From: Cenarchaeum sp.
Lineage (GTDB): Archaea; Thermoproteota; Nitrososphaeria; Nitrososphaerales; Nitrosopumilaceae
Length of the DNA stretch: 64,000 nt
Direction: 5' to 3'
Assembly: GCA_965212015.1 (NCBI GenBank)
Contig: OZ243037.1
Coordinates: 1,504,001 to 1,568,000, forward strand
In this document: one piece after another, positions 61,068-64,000 of the stretch
Position numbering within the stretch: the first letter of the stretch is position 1
How the letters are laid out: every line of letters begins with the position of its first letter
Translations under genes and position numbers: made by a program
Notes under the pieces: generated by a model
What the model saw: the letters and a program-made list of their open reading frames with translations, nothing else
Told to the model about the DNA's origin: nothing
The model's database searches: none

Positions 61068-61247
61068 ATGGACAAGAGCATAGAGGAAAAAAAGGCAGCC
61101 GAGGCCAAAAAGAAAAGCGATGAGCCGGCAGATCTCCTGGATATAAAATTAGGAGAGCACAAAAAACCTGCCGCTAAGGATCTCGAGGATGAACTTGATG
61201 ATGCCGTGCAATCCACAGCCGAAGCGACCAACAGGCAGACTAGCTAA
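61068..61247 (+). CDS. 59-aa highly charged peptide (not in the ORF track)
   Basis: MDKSIEEKKAAEAKKKSDEPADLLDIKLGEHKKPAAKDLEDELDDAVQSTAEATNRQTS; TTAAATA about 25 nt upstream. Confidence 0.55.
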   Translation: MDKSIEEKKAAEAKKKSDEPADLLDIKLGEHKKPAAKDLEDELDDAVQSTAEATNRQTS

Positions 61248-61456
61248 TGTGTAATCTTGAGGATTTAAACTGTCCTTGTACGATGTTCTATGCGTTATTC
61301 GAATGAATATGGCCAGCCTGAAATTGCCACCTTCACGCGCAATGCTTCGTGAATCAAAAGTCTAACATGGTTCCGCTCATATCTTGCATGGAACTGTAAT
61401 TCCTATTTGTGTATAAATCTGACTTGACTATGGATTATACATGATGCAGATATATT

Positions 61457-61909
61457 CTACTTGTCATCAATAACATCAGTTTGGCACAATTTCAAAAAAT
61501 AATCCTTAGAGAGGAATTTTTTTCCTGCCAAAAGATGACATAAATATGACCTTTCCGGCTTTAGTCCATTTCTGACTTTGTTTGGATTTGCAACATATGC
61601 AATGCATTTAAAAATCTCCCCGGTACATGATTCCAAATTTAGTGATTTTTTCCGATAATGGTTCGGAAAACCCTCGTGTCCGTCCAGTTGTGTCTCAGAA
61701 TCGACCTTGTACAGAATACCCTCAACTTTTGAGCCAGATTTGGGACGAATGTTGGCATAACCTGCTCTTGATCCCTCCTTTACCTCCTTGTTAAAAACAA
61801 GTTCCCAATCATGCAGTTTTGCACCAAATCTTTCTGAGAATTTGACCATTCTATCCCTGATACGGCATTCATCCATGTTGGATCCATAGGCAAAATAATT
61901 CGTCGGCAT
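61457..61909 (-). CDS. gamma-glutamylcyclotransferase (AIG2-like)
   Basis: YFAYGSNM, ANI, VEGILY, LDGHEG..Y, P..SYL. Confidence 0.9.
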   Translation of the reverse strand: MPTNYFAYGSNMDECRIRDRMVKFSERFGAKLHDWELVFNKEVKEGSRAGYANIRPKSGSKVEGILYKVDSETQLDGHEGFPNHYRKKSLNLESCTGEIFKCIAYVANPNKVRNGLKPERSYLCHLLAGKKFLSKDYFLKLCQTDVIDDK

Positions 61910-62156
61910 TTATTGTGTGATAGTTAGGGTGATATTTCTAGTTTTTCAGAATCAGCAATCTGTGGCAGTCACCTACAAGATTGCCCAACTGAAATTCATC
62001 TCAGGCGAGACTTGTCCCACATTCCAATTCAGGAGCCTTCAGAGTCATGGGCCGGATTAGGATAAATTTGGCATGATATCCGCACGTGGTGGAATTCGGG
62101 ATGTAGATCGAGCCTAATTACACACCATTAATTCCAAAGATGTTTATCTTCCATCT

Positions 62157-63131
62157 GTGACAGGCATGCTAGTGGAGATTCATTTGATTAACAAGGACGG
62201 GGCGAGCAAATATGAAAAAAAACCTGTAGAGGCAGAAAAGCAGATCGAAGATGAGCTAACAAAGCATCCATCCATACTTGGCAGGGACTATTTCCTTATT
62301 GGTCGTCAGGTAAGGACCTCGCTTGGCGGAATAATTGATTTGTTGGGAATAGACCAGGAGGGCAATCTTGTAATAATTGAAATCAAAAAGGGATCGCCCA
62401 ACAGAAACGTAATATCCCAAATTATCGAGTATGCCGTATGGGCATCAGGATTACAATACGAGGACGTGCGCAAAATAACCCAGGAAAACCAACTCTATAA
62501 ATCAAAGGATCTATACGAGAAATTCAAATCCAAATTAAAAAACGGCGAGCCATTCAACCAGGGTCAGCGCCTTTACATTGTCACAGAGGATACCGACGAA
62601 AAAATTAAAGAGATTTGCATGTATCTCCGGAAGCGAGGAATCGACATAAAATGTGTTCAGCTGAATTTCTTTGAACGGGAAGGCCAGAGGCTAGTCCAGA
62701 CGCATTTTGTAGTGGATGATATCAATTCGGAATTAGGCGAGGAGAGCACCATTCATAAAACATGGGAGGAGAGGTTAAAATGGGCCAGTAATGAAAGCCG
62801 CTCTTCTGTAAACGCATTAATCGATAAAATCGAGAAAAGATTCCAATTAACCAGAGGGCCAAAGTACAGATGGTGTTATTTCCGGACAAAAGAGACAAAA
62901 AAACATTTTGCGGTAATAATATGCCAAAAGAGAATAAGCCGTATTGCATTTAGAATAAATCCTGATAAATTCGACATTGAGGATCCGAACATACAGGAAA
63001 TCGAGGGCTTTTTTTTCCTACAGAATAACAAGAAACAAAGCACAGAAAGAAGGATCTACATAAAGCCTGAAAACTTTCCATTGATTATGAAATGCCTAGA
63101 TCACGCGTACGCTGCGACCAAGAATTTTTAG
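62157..63131 (+). CDS. NucS/DUF91-like PD-(D/E)XK endonuclease with DUF5655-like C-terminus
   Basis: EKQIE, IGRQV, IDLLGID, IIEIK, QIIEYA. Confidence 0.82.
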   Translation: MTGMLVEIHLINKDGASKYEKKPVEAEKQIEDELTKHPSILGRDYFLIGRQVRTSLGGIIDLLGIDQEGNLVIIEIKKGSPNRNVISQIIEYAVWASGLQYEDVRKITQENQLYKSKDLYEKFKSKLKNGEPFNQGQRLYIVTEDTDEKIKEICMYLRKRGIDIKCVQLNFFEREGQRLVQTHFVVDDINSELGEESTIHKTWEERLKWASNESRSSVNALIDKIEKRFQLTRGPKYRWCYFRTKETKKHFAVIICQKRISRIAFRINPDKFDIEDPNIQEIEGFFFLQNNKKQSTERRIYIKPENFPLIMKCLDHAYAATKNF

Positions 63132-63333
63132 TTCGATCCGAAAGGTTTGGTCATTGTCCGTAGATGAACATATTCGGTAAATAAATAACGATGCATAAAA
63201 ATACACGGGATGGCGCTAATGGAAACCATACACGACAGGATATGTGGACAGGATTGTTCTAGTAGAGGGATCACGGTATGAGGCAAGAGATTTGTGAAAC
63301 AAATAACTCTAGTCGATCAATTACATACAAATC

Positions 63334-63681
63334 CTATTTGTATTTGTGAACCGCATATGCTGTTATTATTGCAGTTACAACTATACCAGCAACAATCCCA
63401 GGAATCCAATGAGGTGAATCATTTAGCAAATGCTTTATCGGATCCTTACTGGGATTTGCATGATCCCAGTGAATCAAATAACAATCATCATATTCCTTGA
63501 TGTGTATGTCCTTTCCATCATCTAACGTTATGCGGTAATTGCCCTTTTGGCCATCAAGATCTGCCAATATGCTTTTGTAAGGTTGTAAGAAATTGCGATC
63601 TAGATCATATTTTTCAATTCTTACATCGGTATGGGCAGAATAATTCAACACTTTGTCAATAAACCATCTATCTTGGTTCAT
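63334..63681 (-). CDS. hypothetical protein with C-terminal TM
   Basis: HIKEYDD.Y.IHWD.ANP..DP..HL..DSP pattern and terminal hydrophobic helix. Confidence 0.7.
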   Translation of the reverse strand: MNQDRWFIDKVLNYSAHTDVRIEKYDLDRNFLQPYKSILADLDGQKGNYRITLDDGKDIHIKEYDDCYLIHWDHANPSKDPIKHLLNDSPHWIPGIVAGIVVTAIITAYAVHKYK

Positions 63682-63740
63682 GATTTAATATGTTGAATCT
63701 ACTATTTATAATTTTAATCCAAAATTCATGATTGTGGGAT

Positions 63741-63945
63741 CCAGAAAGTTCTTCCCTCACTCTGTGGGCTCTCGGACAGGTGATGAACTATTTGGACAAG
63801 ATAAAGATCTTTACCGGCAAATCCCACTTTATTGTTCAATCTGATTCCGTGCTTTACAATCCCTCCCCATTCAAACCATGAGCCGAATCATCCCGTGCCA
63901 AAGCCTCCCGCATCAGAATAATACGGAGATGATCAGACTAGAATA
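63741..63945. repeat. degenerate dispersed repeat; halves recur at about 40534-40596 and 60761-60895
   Basis: Shared blocks atgaacta(t)ttggacaagataa, gatc.tta.cggcaaa, gttcaat.tgattcc, catga.ccgaatcatccc.tgcc.aag.ctcc.cat. Confidence 0.65.
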
Positions 63946-64000
63946 ACACCGGCGCCCCTGCAGACGCGTAATCCTGTAATGCCGGCCTATACGGAACTGC

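Larger units (their letters stand above)
57821..64000. mobile_element. putative integrated element at tRNA-Ala (right boundary not seen)
   Basis: Integrase next to a tRNA, followed by AT-richer accessory genes and decayed DNA; no second att copy noticed. Confidence 0.55.

Noticed and set aside
1-64000. CRISPR array, rRNA, retron or DGR reverse transcriptase
   Set aside because: No regularly spaced repeats, rRNA-like sequence or RT motifs noticed; differences between the duplicated arms do not look adenine-specific as in a DGR

Overview
Archaeal DNA, most consistent with an ammonia-oxidising Nitrososphaerota (Thaumarchaeota, Nitrosopumilaceae-like) genome. Evidence: Rieske/cytochrome b/cupredoxin complex III, ThiS-ThiF fusion after a thrC-like gene, DUF354, dolichol-type GPT, and TATA boxes about 25 nt before start codons. 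Many IS remnants and pseudogenes suggest a host-associated lineage (inference). Layout: (1) about 2-39 kb is a surface-glycosylation locus. It contains an orphan OLD nuclease, an inverted duplication (arms about 2.3 kb) centred on stacked IS pieces, and a nested AT-rich conflict island at 22-36 kb (pentapeptide protein, TRAFAC GTPase plus GAP1-N2-like partner, PKD-inserted SF2 helicase, RelE and AbiE toxin-antitoxin pairs). It ends with an LpxA-like acyltransferase facing a GnnA/GnnB (WbpB/WbpE)-like pair. (2) about 42-58 kb is mostly core genes and two tRNAs, interrupted by a MORC ATPase with an AbiEi-like tail. (3) From 57.8 kb an integrase-headed element sits at tRNA-Ala. Best candidates for undescribed systems: the GTPase/GAP1-N2/pentapeptide module, the MORC-AbiEi-like fusion, the archaeal LpxA-GnnAB-like trio, and the mosaic inverted esterase duplication. 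All family calls come from reading motifs by eye; no database searches were run.
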